Assembly (NCBI GenBank): GCA_946613195.1
Contig: CAMOFE010000001.1
Span: 8,151-72,150, forward strand
Direction of reading: 5' to 3'
Source: an uncultured Alphaproteobacteria bacterium
GTDB taxonomy: Bacteria; Pseudomonadota; Alphaproteobacteria; Rs-D84
DNA length: 64,000 nucleotides
Of the stretch, positions 37,793 through 46,954 are shown in pieces. Each line of letters opens with the position of its first letter. Within the stretch, counting starts at the first letter, position 1. The notes beneath the pieces are model-generated. The model was not told where the DNA came from. It did no database searches and saw only the letters and a program-made list of their open reading frames with translations. Both the position numbers and the translations under genes were made by a program.

Positions 37793-39715
37793 TTGAACAG
37801 TGTCTTGTTTTATGATAAAATTGCATTCAGAGAGAATATGAAATCAATTACGCGTTTTTTTGCGTTTGTTTTATGCGCGGTGCCACTGTGCGCGGCGGCT
37901 GCGCCTGTTGCAACCACCGCCGGCAGTAATTTAACCGCATATAATCCAACCACAGGTGCAACAAATAATAATATGTGGAATACACTGATGAATGGACGCG
38001 GTGCGGCGGGCGGAAATAACGCGGCACCGGCAGATTTTGGAAACTGTAATGCACTGATAATTCGTTGCGCATCACCAAAGTGTGCTAATGGTGGATGCAC
38101 AGATATGGATGTCGCATCATCTATTGTGCGCGGATGTGTTAATTCCAATGAAAATTGTAAAAAATATGGCGATGATTTGGTTGAATACATATCTGCACAG
38201 TTGGTCGCATCTTCTAATGCAAAAATAAATGCTGCCAATGTTGCGGCGCAAAATGCCACTGCTGCGGCTGTGGCACAACAAAATGCCCAGCAAATGGCAG
38301 AAATGCAACAACAGATGCAACAGATGCAGGCAGAAATGGCGCAACAAAATGCGGCAACTGTTCAGGCAATGCAGGCGGCACTGGATGAACAGAAACAATT
38401 AACCGCAGATGCAATCGCAAATGCAAACGCAACACAACAAAGTGCGCCGTCTTATACTGCGCCGGTGCCAACAAATTCAGAATATGATAATGGGTTAACC
38501 AACGCCCAGATTATTGCGGCGCAAAATGGTGTGTCTGCGGATGTTTTGGCGCGTGAACAAATTGTTGGTGAAATAATGTCAAAACTGGAAAATGCAGAAA
38601 CCGCATTAAAGACATTAAAGACCACAATGCAAGATGCATTTGATTATGCGGGTTGTGATTCATTTGGTAATAATTGCAGTGGGCCAAAACGCGTGTCTGC
38701 GTTCAAGTCGCGTGCGATAAAATTCTTTGATCCATATAATACGGTGTTGGACGAATTATATGATGCGTTAATCACTGCCCAGGCCGCCGGTGTTGATATA
38801 ACAGATATCTATATGATGCTGGAAGGGTCATGTAATGTCTGGGGACAATATTTGTGTTCACAGACAGAACTTGGTGCGTATGCCGATGGGAGTAGTTTGC
38901 CAAAAAGTTGTGATAAGAATACTGGTAAAAGTATAAAATCTGGCAGTACCAAAGGGGGGCGTGATTGTGTAATTGGGCAACCAATTCCCCCCGAAGACAG
39001 TCCATTGTGCACACTGCAAAAAACATACGCCGATGGCGAAAGTGTGCGTCGCGCATGGTTGTACCCCGAAGAAGGTGATGATGAAACCCAGGGTGGTGCA
39101 ATACGCGTTGGGTGTGCGTCGTCTGCGCTGGATAATTCTAAATTCTTTCGCAGTCGCAAAAAACAGGCACAAATTGATATTGAAATACTGGAACGTATAA
39201 TTGAACAAGATGCATCTGCGTCCAGTGGTTTTACCATGTTTGGTGCGCGCCGGGACGATGGCGCACGTCGTGAACAAACATACGGTGCATGTGCGATTGG
39301 CGAAACAATGTATGCAGATTTGCAGAAAATAACCGCAACAAAAAAATTGCCAGACAAAATATGTATGAAACAACGCGATGCGATTGAAAAAGTCCGCAAT
39401 GATGCCCCATTGGCACTTGCAACAGGTGGCATGTCCAAGACAATCTTGAAATATCACGAACAATGTGAAAAAGAAGATAGAGAGAGTGTTACGGATTATT
39501 GGGAATGTTTGTGTCCAAAAATAGGTAATGGTTACACAAAATCTAGTGAAGGTGAATATTGTTCTTGCGGAACGGATTCTAATAAATATTGGGGCAAGGA
39601 TAATTATTACGAATGTTTGACCGATGACCAAATATGCACACGTAAACAGTTTTGTACAGGTACACAAAAATCACAATGGAATCAGACTGAAAAAACATGT
39701 GGTGATTGCAAATAA
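37793..39715 (+). CDS. Large secreted Cys-rich protein with Ala/Gln-rich coiled-coil segment, unknown function
   Basis: Signal peptide at the internal MKSITRFFAFVLCAVPLCAAAAP. ~30 Cys in CxxC/CxnC patterns in the N- and C-terminal regions. Central region QQNAQQMAEMQQQMQQMQAEMAQQNAATVQAMQAAL. 640 aa. Confidence 0.5.
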   Translation: MNSVLFYDKIAFRENMKSITRFFAFVLCAVPLCAAAAPVATTAGSNLTAYNPTTGATNNNMWNTLMNGRGAAGGNNAAPADFGNCNALIIRCASPKCANGGCTDMDVASSIVRGCVNSNENCKKYGDDLVEYISAQLVASSNAKINAANVAAQNATAAAVAQQNAQQMAEMQQQMQQMQAEMAQQNAATVQAMQAALDEQKQLTADAIANANATQQSAPSYTAPVPTNSEYDNGLTNAQIIAAQNGVSADVLAREQIVGEIMSKLENAETALKTLKTTMQDAFDYAGCDSFGNNCSGPKRVSAFKSRAIKFFDPYNTVLDELYDALITAQAAGVDITDIYMMLEGSCNVWGQYLCSQTELGAYADGSSLPKSCDKNTGKSIKSGSTKGGRDCVIGQPIPPEDSPLCTLQKTYADGESVRRAWLYPEEGDDETQGGAIRVGCASSALDNSKFFRSRKKQAQIDIEILERIIEQDASASSGFTMFGARRDDGARREQTYGACAIGETMYADLQKITATKKLPDKICMKQRDAIEKVRNDAPLALATGGMSKTILKYHEQCEKEDRESVTDYWECLCPKIGNGYTKSSEGEYCSCGTDSNKYWGKDNYYECLTDDQICTRKQFCTGTQKSQWNQTEKTCGDCK

Positions 39716-40437
39716 TGAATAATAGACAGAATATCTTTTATAGGTTTTTATATGGCGCGGTGGCGTGTGTGTTTGCGTGCGTTGTTTCGTCTGGCGCGTT
39801 TGCCGCGGGTGATGGCGGGTGCGATAATGAAGAAAATGATTACATAAATCCTGAACTGGCGCTGTGTTCGGTGCATGCATATAATATGGGACTGGATGAA
39901 AACCCCAGCAGTGATATGCGCCCGGTTATGCGTGGAGTGGTGGGACTGAAAACCACGGTTATCACGCAACAGATGAAAAAACAGTATGATTATATGGACG
40001 CGATGATTCGTCGTTTTCGTGTACAATTACAAAAGGCGACATTACAAACAAAATTACAGGCTGCCGGTGCTGCTGCATCTGATTCATCGGGTGGTTCTGA
40101 ACGATTCGTTTCCAACGACCGTAATATATTTATCGCCGGCGTTAATAATTGTAACAATGAAATAACATCATTAAAAAAATATGAATGTTTATATAATAAT
40201 CTGAATACTATTACTAATTCGTCGGCAAACGGGTCAAATGTTACAGTTGAGTTAAAGAAACAATTGGCAAATGATTATAGCCTTACCAAAGGCAGCAAGT
40301 CTGAATGCAGGAAATACACAGATATAAAAACTAGAAAAATATTTCAGACTTGTTTAGATGATTTAAGGGACGTAGTTCGCACAGAGTATGAAAAAGAACA
40401 ACGCGAAGATATGAAAGCTCGAAATAGCAGATATTAA
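39706..40437 (+). CDS. Secreted hypothetical protein, co-transcribed with the preceding gene
   Basis: 10-nt overlap with the upstream gene. Signal peptide (..SSGAFAAGDGGC). 243 aa with a helical, charged C-terminus. Confidence 0.45.
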   Translation: MQIMNNRQNIFYRFLYGAVACVFACVVSSGAFAAGDGGCDNEENDYINPELALCSVHAYNMGLDENPSSDMRPVMRGVVGLKTTVITQQMKKQYDYMDAMIRRFRVQLQKATLQTKLQAAGAAASDSSGGSERFVSNDRNIFIAGVNNCNNEITSLKKYECLYNNLNTITNSSANGSNVTVELKKQLANDYSLTKGSKSECRKYTDIKTRKIFQTCLDDLRDVVRTEYEKEQREDMKARNSRY

Positions 40438-40463
40438 AATCCGCGCAATGCGCGGATTTTTTA
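40436..40463. terminator. Bidirectional Rho-independent terminator
   Basis: AAAATCCGCGCAATGCGCGGATTTTTTAT between convergent genes. Confidence 0.65.
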
Positions 40464-42440
40464 TACAAACAAATCTTTAACAAACTGGGCGTGTTCAGTG
40501 ATGAACTTGAAACGAAACTCTGGTTTCTTGCCCATCAATTCCGATACAATCGTGCGTGTTTTTTCTGTATCTTCGGCACCGTCATCTGTACGTGGGGGTA
40601 ATTCAACGCGTATCAATCGGCGTGTTTTCGGCGACATAGTAGTTTCTTTTAATTGATTCGGCATCATTTCACCCAACCCCTTGAATCGCGATATTTCAAC
40701 CTTTTTACCACGATACTTGCCGTTCTTTAATTCTTCCAGTTCTTCATCTGTATCAATATAAATTGATTCTGTTCCGTGTGTTAATTTATACAACGGCGGA
40801 CAAGACAAGTATAAATGTCCACCATAAATTAATTGGGGCATCATCTGATAAAAGAACGCCATCAACAACGATGCAATATGCGAACCATCAACATCCGCAT
40901 CAGTCATCACAATAATTTTTTCATATCGCAGTTTTGATTCGTCCCAATCTTTGACAGTTCCTGCACCGATAATATCAATTAATTCGTTCAGTTCTTTGTT
41001 ATTACCGAATCGTTCATCAGAATTAGATACAACATTTAACACCTTGCCACGCAATGGCATAATCGCCTGGGTCGCGCGGTCGCGCGCCTGTTTGGCGGTG
41101 CCACCGGCGGATTCCCCCTCTACTATAAACAATTCTGTGCCGTCAATTCCGTGTTTAGAACAATCAGCCAATTTCGCCGGCATACGTGCGCGTTTAGTCG
41201 GGGTCTTGCGCGCAATTTCTTTGACTTGTTTTGTTTTAATTCGTGCATTTGCCAGATTGATTACAAAATCCAAAACCGCGTTCGCTGTTTTTGGATCAGA
41301 TGCCAAGAACATATCCCACGGATCACGCAGTGCATTTTCTGTATATCGTGCAATTTCCGGATTTGATAATTTTTCTTTGGTTTGACCCAAGAATTGTGGC
41401 GTTTTGTAAAATACAGATACAATTGCCGCAACCGAATCAAAAACATCTTCGCCGATAATTGTTTGTGCGGCCTTGTTATTAATTTTTTCACCGTACGCCT
41501 TTAATCCACGGGTTATCGCAGACTTGAACCCGGTTTCATGTGTGCCGCCGTCCACGGTTGCAATTGTATTACAGTATGATGCAAAGAACCCATCGTCGGA
41601 CGCCGCGCCATTTTCATCTGTTAAAAATGTCAACGCCCATTCCACACGCCCCATGTCATCTGGAAAATCAACCGTGCCACTGAAAATTCGGGGCAATATG
41701 CGTGGTTTAGAATCAGTCTTTTCTGCCAAGAAATCAGCAACACCATTTGGGTAATAGAATGTTGTGGTGTTTGGAATATTCATATCTTCGGTAAGTAACG
41801 CCGGATTACAATTCCAATCAATTTTTACCCCACGCGACAGAAATGCCTTGGCACGCGCCATACGAAAGATTTTAACAGACTTGAACACAGCGTTCGCGCC
41901 AAATATTTCATCATCAATAGTAAAACGGATTTTTGTTCCATGTGCGCGCGTTGCATCCCCGCGTGTAATTGGCGATGTTGTAACCCCGCGTGAAAAAGTC
42001 TGGTGCCAGACATATCCATCGCGCGATATATCAACAATCATTTCTTTTGATAATGCATTTACGACCGCCGACCCCACACCATGCAGACCGCCACTGGTTT
42101 TATAAACATTGTTATTAAATTTGCCCCCTGAATGCAGGGTTGTCAAAATAACTTCTAATGCAGATTTACCCGGATATTTTGGATGTTCATCAACTGGGAT
42201 TCCGCGTCCGTCATCCGCAATTTCAATTGTTTTGGCATCAATCAGGTTTACAGTAATTTTCTTGGCGAATCCGGCGACCGCTTCATCAATAGAATTATCC
42301 ATAATTTCCACAGGCAAATGGTGCCACGCCTTTTCATCTGTGCCACCAATGTACATCCCCGGGCGCAAACGCACAGGTTCCAAGCCTTCCAGTACCTGGA
42401 TATCAGATGCATCATATGAATGTGTATTATTTTCAGCCAT
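40461..42440 (-). CDS. parE: DNA topoisomerase IV subunit B (ParE)
   Basis: GHKL ATPase (..GLHHLV.EI.DNS.DE), Toprim (EGDSA), 659 aa and no GyrB-specific insert, so ParE rather than GyrB. Confidence 0.85.
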   Translation of the reverse strand: MAENNTHSYDASDIQVLEGLEPVRLRPGMYIGGTDEKAWHHLPVEIMDNSIDEAVAGFAKKITVNLIDAKTIEIADDGRGIPVDEHPKYPGKSALEVILTTLHSGGKFNNNVYKTSGGLHGVGSAVVNALSKEMIVDISRDGYVWHQTFSRGVTTSPITRGDATRAHGTKIRFTIDDEIFGANAVFKSVKIFRMARAKAFLSRGVKIDWNCNPALLTEDMNIPNTTTFYYPNGVADFLAEKTDSKPRILPRIFSGTVDFPDDMGRVEWALTFLTDENGAASDDGFFASYCNTIATVDGGTHETGFKSAITRGLKAYGEKINNKAAQTIIGEDVFDSVAAIVSVFYKTPQFLGQTKEKLSNPEIARYTENALRDPWDMFLASDPKTANAVLDFVINLANARIKTKQVKEIARKTPTKRARMPAKLADCSKHGIDGTELFIVEGESAGGTAKQARDRATQAIMPLRGKVLNVVSNSDERFGNNKELNELIDIIGAGTVKDWDESKLRYEKIIVMTDADVDGSHIASLLMAFFYQMMPQLIYGGHLYLSCPPLYKLTHGTESIYIDTDEELEELKNGKYRGKKVEISRFKGLGEMMPNQLKETTMSPKTRRLIRVELPPRTDDGAEDTEKTRTIVSELMGKKPEFRFKFITEHAQFVKDLFV

Positions 42441-42564
42441 AGCAGGTCTATTATTATAACAAATTTACAATTTTCGCAAGTGAAACAATTTGCATTGCTG
42501 GTACTTGATTTTTTGTTTTTGGGGTCTATATATTTATGGACATAAATTTATGGAATGATAAAAA

Positions 42565-43689
42565 ATGAATAAAAATCCGTATGAAGTGTTAGGTGTGGCG
42601 CGTGATGCGTCAGATACTGATATTAAAAAGGCGTATCATAAACTGGTTATGAAATACCACCCTGATAAAAATCCAGGGGACAAGGGTGCCGAAGAAAAAT
42701 TCAAGGAAGTAAATAACGCGTTTGATATTCTAAAAGACCCACAAAAACGTGCAGCGTATGACCGATTCGGTGATGCGGCGTTTGCCGGTGGTAACGGCGC
42801 ATCTGCGGGTGCGGGTGGTTTTGGCGGTAATCCATTTGGTGGTGGTTTTCACTTTGATATGGGTGGCGCAGGCATGGATGATATTTTACGCCAGGCGATG
42901 CGTGGCTTCGGTTTTGATATGGGCGATGGTCCGCGTGGTGCGTCCGTGGCGCGTTCGGGTCGCGATTTATTGGACGAAGTACAAATATCACTGCGTGATG
43001 CGTATTTTGGCAAAACGCATACTGTTAAATTTTCAACAAATGTTGCGTGTGATAAATGTAATGGTTATGGCACGGCGGATGGTAAACCGGCGCTGGTATG
43101 TCCGCGTTGTAATGGACGTGGAACAGTTGCGGCACGCCAAGGATTCTTTGCGGTTGAAATGCCATGTCCAGAATGTAATGGTTTGGGACACAAAATTGAC
43201 AAGAAATGCACAAAATGCGGTGGGGATGGCACGGTAAATAAACAACGCACATTGGATGTTAAAATCCCAGCCGGCATTATGGATGGTGCGCGATTGCGCC
43301 TGGCAGGCCAGGGCGAGGCGGGACAAAACGGTGCGCCAGCGGGGGATTTTTACCTGGATGTGCGTGTGATGCCAGATGACAAGTTTACGCGTGATGGCGA
43401 TGATTTGATTCAACGGGTTGAAGTGCCATTTACAACATTGGCGTTGGGTGGCGATATAGATGTTGAAACAATTGATGATAAAAAATTGTCTGTATCTATT
43501 TCATCTGGTACCCAGGTTGGCGCAAAATTGCGTGTACGTGGGCATGGTATGCCGCGTGCGCGTGGTGGCGGTATGGGTGATATGTATATTGATGTTGCGA
43601 TTCGGATTCCAACAAAATTAAATGATAAGCAAAAGAAAGCATTATCTGAATTTGCCGGAATCAAAAATGATAAAAAAGGTTGGTTCTGA
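42565..43689 (+). CDS. dnaJ: Chaperone DnaJ
   Basis: J-domain with HPD, Gly/Phe region, four CxxCxGxG zinc-finger repeats. 374 aa. Confidence 0.92.
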   Translation: MNKNPYEVLGVARDASDTDIKKAYHKLVMKYHPDKNPGDKGAEEKFKEVNNAFDILKDPQKRAAYDRFGDAAFAGGNGASAGAGGFGGNPFGGGFHFDMGGAGMDDILRQAMRGFGFDMGDGPRGASVARSGRDLLDEVQISLRDAYFGKTHTVKFSTNVACDKCNGYGTADGKPALVCPRCNGRGTVAARQGFFAVEMPCPECNGLGHKIDKKCTKCGGDGTVNKQRTLDVKIPAGIMDGARLRLAGQGEAGQNGAPAGDFYLDVRVMPDDKFTRDGDDLIQRVEVPFTTLALGGDIDVETIDDKKLSVSISSGTQVGAKLRVRGHGMPRARGGGMGDMYIDVAIRIPTKLNDKQKKALSEFAGIKNDKKGWF

Positions 43690-43715
43690 TAAACAATCGC
43701 GCCATGTGCACAATT

Positions 43716-43848
43716 GTTTAAGTGAATAGTGAAAAGTTAATAGTGAATAATGTATGAACGCCCGCACGATTTATCGTGCGGGTGCATTAATTAATGTTGA
43801 GCCGACAAAATGTCGGCGCACAAACACTGTTCACTTAAAAAAACTATT
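43716..43848. repeat. Full copy of dispersed palindromic repeat family A (MITE-like, ~130 bp)
   Basis: TAAGTGAATAGTGAAAAGTTAATAGTGAATAATG..CCCGCACGATTTATCGTGCGGG..GCCGACAAAATGTCGGCG..CACTGTTCACTTA. Inverted termini and two internal hairpins. Nearly identical to 61153-61272. Confidence 0.7.
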
Positions 43849-44018
43849 GCATGTTTTTTTTTCTTGCGTTTGTTCTGATAGTTTTTATACACTGGCAAAT
43901 GAAAAATGCGGGGGAACAGAAATGAGCAAGGCATATGGCATAGGGCATAAAGCATATATAAGCAATAGAACAAAGCAATTAAATCATAAATCAGCAATCC
44001 GAAATCATAAATTAATGA

Positions 44019-44759
44019 TTGTTTTTTGCATTATGCACTATGCCCGTTGCCATTTGCATTAGTCCAGTCAATGCAGAAGAATACTGTGTTCCGACAAATT
44101 ATACAATAACATATCAATTGGGCGGTGGTTGTAATGGTACCGCGCCATCATCTGTAACGGTTGCCCGTGGTGCGAATTTTACGACACCAAATGCCGCAAC
44201 GGCGTGTGGCGACAATACCGTTACAAAATGGAAAATAGACGGCACAAATGATTACATAACATCAAACACAACATTGCCATACGTGTGGACGAATGATATA
44301 ACATTGGTTGCAGGCGCCACCGTTGTCAGCCTATCTGCGCCGTATTCTGTAAATACCAGCATACACGGTTATCAGAACGACAGTCGTAGTGCATACGGTG
44401 CAGAGTCATTCAATTGCACCGGATGCAACGATAATGAATGGCATGCGGACTTCAGTTATGGCACGGTAACTGGCATTGCCAGTTGTAACAGCACCCCTGG
44501 CGATAATCAGGATATGAAATGGACAAATCCGACAACAGCCAGTTCAGACAGTATGAGCAGCAGCAGTACCGGTCAATATTGCTGGTGTAAAATGACAGGC
44601 TTTGCCGGGCAGTCATTGTCGGTTGCGCCGTGGGGGTTCTTCTACGACTACGACAGTGCGGACAGTTGCGCGGCCGGCTGTGCGTCCCACGTTGCCGCTC
44701 ATCCCGGATTCCGCGGGGCGGTGTATAACGCATCGGGCGTGATTAATTCCGAAGAATAA
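44019..44759 (+). CDS. Secreted Cys-rich hypothetical protein
   Basis: Probable signal peptide (..ICISPVNA|EEYC). 246 aa with ~14 Cys and Thr/Asn-rich beta-like segments. Start is uncertain (TTG/ATG). Confidence 0.45.
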   Translation: MFFALCTMPVAICISPVNAEEYCVPTNYTITYQLGGGCNGTAPSSVTVARGANFTTPNAATACGDNTVTKWKIDGTNDYITSNTTLPYVWTNDITLVAGATVVSLSAPYSVNTSIHGYQNDSRSAYGAESFNCTGCNDNEWHADFSYGTVTGIASCNSTPGDNQDMKWTNPTTASSDSMSSSSTGQYCWCKMTGFAGQSLSVAPWGFFYDYDSADSCAAGCASHVAAHPGFRGAVYNASGVINSEE

Positions 44760-45120
44760 AGTTAAATATCCATCTGTGCATCGGTATAGCAGCGATTAAG
44801 GCACAGGGCAAAAGTTCCCCTCTGGCTAGAGGGGTGCCGCGAAAGCGGCGGGGTGTCGTGAAAAAAAAAGAGCACAGAGCAGAGAGTACAGAGCACAGTG
44901 TTCTACCGCCACTGTCATACTCGGGCTTGACCCGAGTACCCAGGTAAATAATGCAGCGCGCAATGCGCGCACAAATAAACCTGGATTCCACGGTCAAGCC
45001 GTGGAATGACAGGAAAAGAGAGTAATGACAAAAATAGAGCACAGAGAGCAACCAACAACCAGCAACCTAAAAATCATAAATTCAGTAATTGCTGGATTTT
45101 ATTCTTGCTTTTTAATCATT
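44760..45120. repeat. Composite intergenic repeat region (multiple perfect palindromes plus family B repeat)
   Basis: Palindromes CCCCTCTGGCTAGAGGGG, ACTCGGGCTTGACCCGAGT, TTCCACGGTCAAGCCGTGGAA and CAGCGCGCAATGCGCGC; AGAGCACAGAGCAGAGAGTACAGAGCACAG reiterations; family B copy at 45035-45085. Confidence 0.65.
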
Positions 45121-45170
45121 AAAAAGTATAATAATTGCCAGTCTTAATGAAATAAACCAAGGTTTCTGAT

Positions 45171-45623
45171 ATGAAACGCAAAGAATATGTTCGTTTGATG
45201 GGACGTGCGCTGATTATGTTTGACAGATTGGCGGATGGATTAAAGTTACGTCCAGAAAAACTGGACGGTTTTACGCGCCAACAAATGACTGTGCTGGTAC
45301 GATTGCTGTTGGATGGCCGTGCCAAGTTAAAAGATATTGCGCGTCGCGAAATGGTATCTGCGCCGAATCTGTGCGCAACATTTCGGAAACTGGAACACGA
45401 TGGTTTGGTGTTGCGTACGGTTGATGAATCAGACAGACGAAACACGTGGTATTCTGTTACGCGTTCTGGGGAACGGGTTGCGCGTCGCGCCATTGAACAA
45501 TTTTATGATATGATGGAAAAAATGTTCGCAGATTTGGATTCAGATGATGAACAAGAATTAACAGGCGCATTGGAATCAATGAACGAAATTTTAACAAAGG
45601 TGGTAAAAAATCATGTTGGGTAA
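45171..45623 (+). CDS. MarR-family transcriptional regulator
   Basis: Winged HTH (..QMTVLVRLLLDGRAKLKDIARREMVSAPNLCATFRKLEHDGLVLRTVDESDRRNTWYSVTRSGE). 150 aa, first gene of the efflux operon. Confidence 0.8.
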   Translation: MKRKEYVRLMGRALIMFDRLADGLKLRPEKLDGFTRQQMTVLVRLLLDGRAKLKDIARREMVSAPNLCATFRKLEHDGLVLRTVDESDRRNTWYSVTRSGERVARRAIEQFYDMMEKMFADLDSDDEQELTGALESMNEILTKVVKNHVG

Positions 45624-46950
45624 AAAGTATTATTTGATTGGTGGTATTATTTGTGCGCTGGTTTCGGCGCCGTCTTTTGGTATGGATTTATCACTGGAAT
45701 CGGCGGTGGAAAAAATTATCGCAGAATCCCAAGATATTAAGAAAGCAGATGCAAATGTTAAACAGGCCCAAGCGCAATTGGATGCGGTAAACGCGAATCG
45801 TTGGTTTAATATTTCTGCAAATGCATCGTATATGAATCTGATAAATGTTAAAAAGCCATTTGATTCCACGGGAATGGAATTGCCTGATAATCTGAACATG
45901 GTAAAACATTTCTTGAATAATGCCGAAGATTTGGATTTGTCTAATCTTGCAATCCCAGATAATATATTTATGGCAGGTGTGAAAATAACCCAACCGATAT
46001 ATACATTTGGTAAAATCGGTCATGCCGTGGACAGTGTGCGTGACGCAATTTCTATGTCCGAATCGGGACGTGAATTGACTATGCGCGAAGTTCGGTACAG
46101 TGCCACTGATTTATATTGGACCGCCAAAATGACAGATGAAATTGTGAAACTGGCGGAAAAAGATTTGCAATCTGCGCGCCAGGCTAAAAATAATGTGGCG
46201 GCGGTTGGTCGTGCGAATCGCAGTAACTTGGTTAAAATTGAATCTGATATTGCAGCAAAACAAATAAACCTGTCGGATGCAGAATTTAATCGTGATACCG
46301 CGTACAGAATGTTGAAAATTTTGGCGGGCATTGATATAAATGAAGATATTGTTTTAACAGATGAATTTCCATCTGAATTTGCAGACCTGGATGCAGGCGA
46401 ATTTACCACCACACCAAAATTGGATATGTTAAGCAAGCAGGCAAAAATGTATGAATCCCAGGCAAAATCAAAACGCGCAGATGCGTACCCAACACTGGCG
46501 GCAATGGGGTCATACAGTTATATGACAATGGACGAATCGTTCCGTGATATGTTTAATCGCAATAATTCGCAATCTGCGTATTGGGGATTGGCGCTGGAAG
46601 TGCCGATATTTACAGGTGGCTTGAACCGTGCAAATGCAACAGTCAGCGCAATGAATGCCGAAGCCGCCCGTCAAGACCTGGACAAGGCAAAGAAATTAAC
46701 CGCCGAAGAATATAATCGTGCAATTGCACAATATAATCATTTGCGTGGTAATTTGGAAAACTTGCAAAACGCACGCGATTTGGCAGCCAAGGCATATCAA
46801 TTTTCCGAAGAAAGATTTGCCGCCGGCCAAACATCTGCGGTGGAATTATCTGATGTCGCCGCAGGGTTGTATCAACTGGATATGGCACTGTTAAATTCTA
46901 AATATAAAATTTTAATGTCAGCAGAATCTGTTAAAAAATTGGGGAATTAA
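45613..46950 (+). CDS. TolC-like outer-membrane efflux protein (OMF family)
   Basis: Signal peptide. Two OEP repeats with coiled-coil and beta-strand pattern. 445 aa. Confidence 0.8.
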   Translation: MLGKKYYLIGGIICALVSAPSFGMDLSLESAVEKIIAESQDIKKADANVKQAQAQLDAVNANRWFNISANASYMNLINVKKPFDSTGMELPDNLNMVKHFLNNAEDLDLSNLAIPDNIFMAGVKITQPIYTFGKIGHAVDSVRDAISMSESGRELTMREVRYSATDLYWTAKMTDEIVKLAEKDLQSARQAKNNVAAVGRANRSNLVKIESDIAAKQINLSDAEFNRDTAYRMLKILAGIDINEDIVLTDEFPSEFADLDAGEFTTTPKLDMLSKQAKMYESQAKSKRADAYPTLAAMGSYSYMTMDESFRDMFNRNNSQSAYWGLALEVPIFTGGLNRANATVSAMNAEAARQDLDKAKKLTAEEYNRAIAQYNHLRGNLENLQNARDLAAKAYQFSEERFAAGQTSAVELSDVAAGLYQLDMALLNSKYKILMSAESVKKLGN

Positions 46951-46954
46951 AAAG

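Noticed and set aside
38214-38474. Gln/Ala-rich repetitive stretch (QQNAQQMAEMQQQMQQMQ..) as a possible separate repeat element
   Set aside because: It is in-frame within the 640-aa gene and encodes a coiled-coil segment. It is not an independent DNA repeat.
38809-39667. Long antisense ORFs (209 and 269 aa) opposite the 640-aa secreted gene
   Set aside because: Both overlap the sense gene entirely. They are Cys/Phe-rich translations of the complement of a Cys-codon-rich gene, which is an artefact.
42701-43413. His/Arg-rich alternative-frame ORFs overlapping dnaJ
   Set aside because: They are low-complexity products of the GC-rich Gly-codon region of dnaJ read out of frame.
43754-44062. 102-aa ORF starting MNARTIYRAGALINVEPTKC..
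   Set aside because: It reads straight through the family A palindromic repeat (43716-43848). A similar pseudo-ORF would arise at each repeat copy, so it is not a gene.
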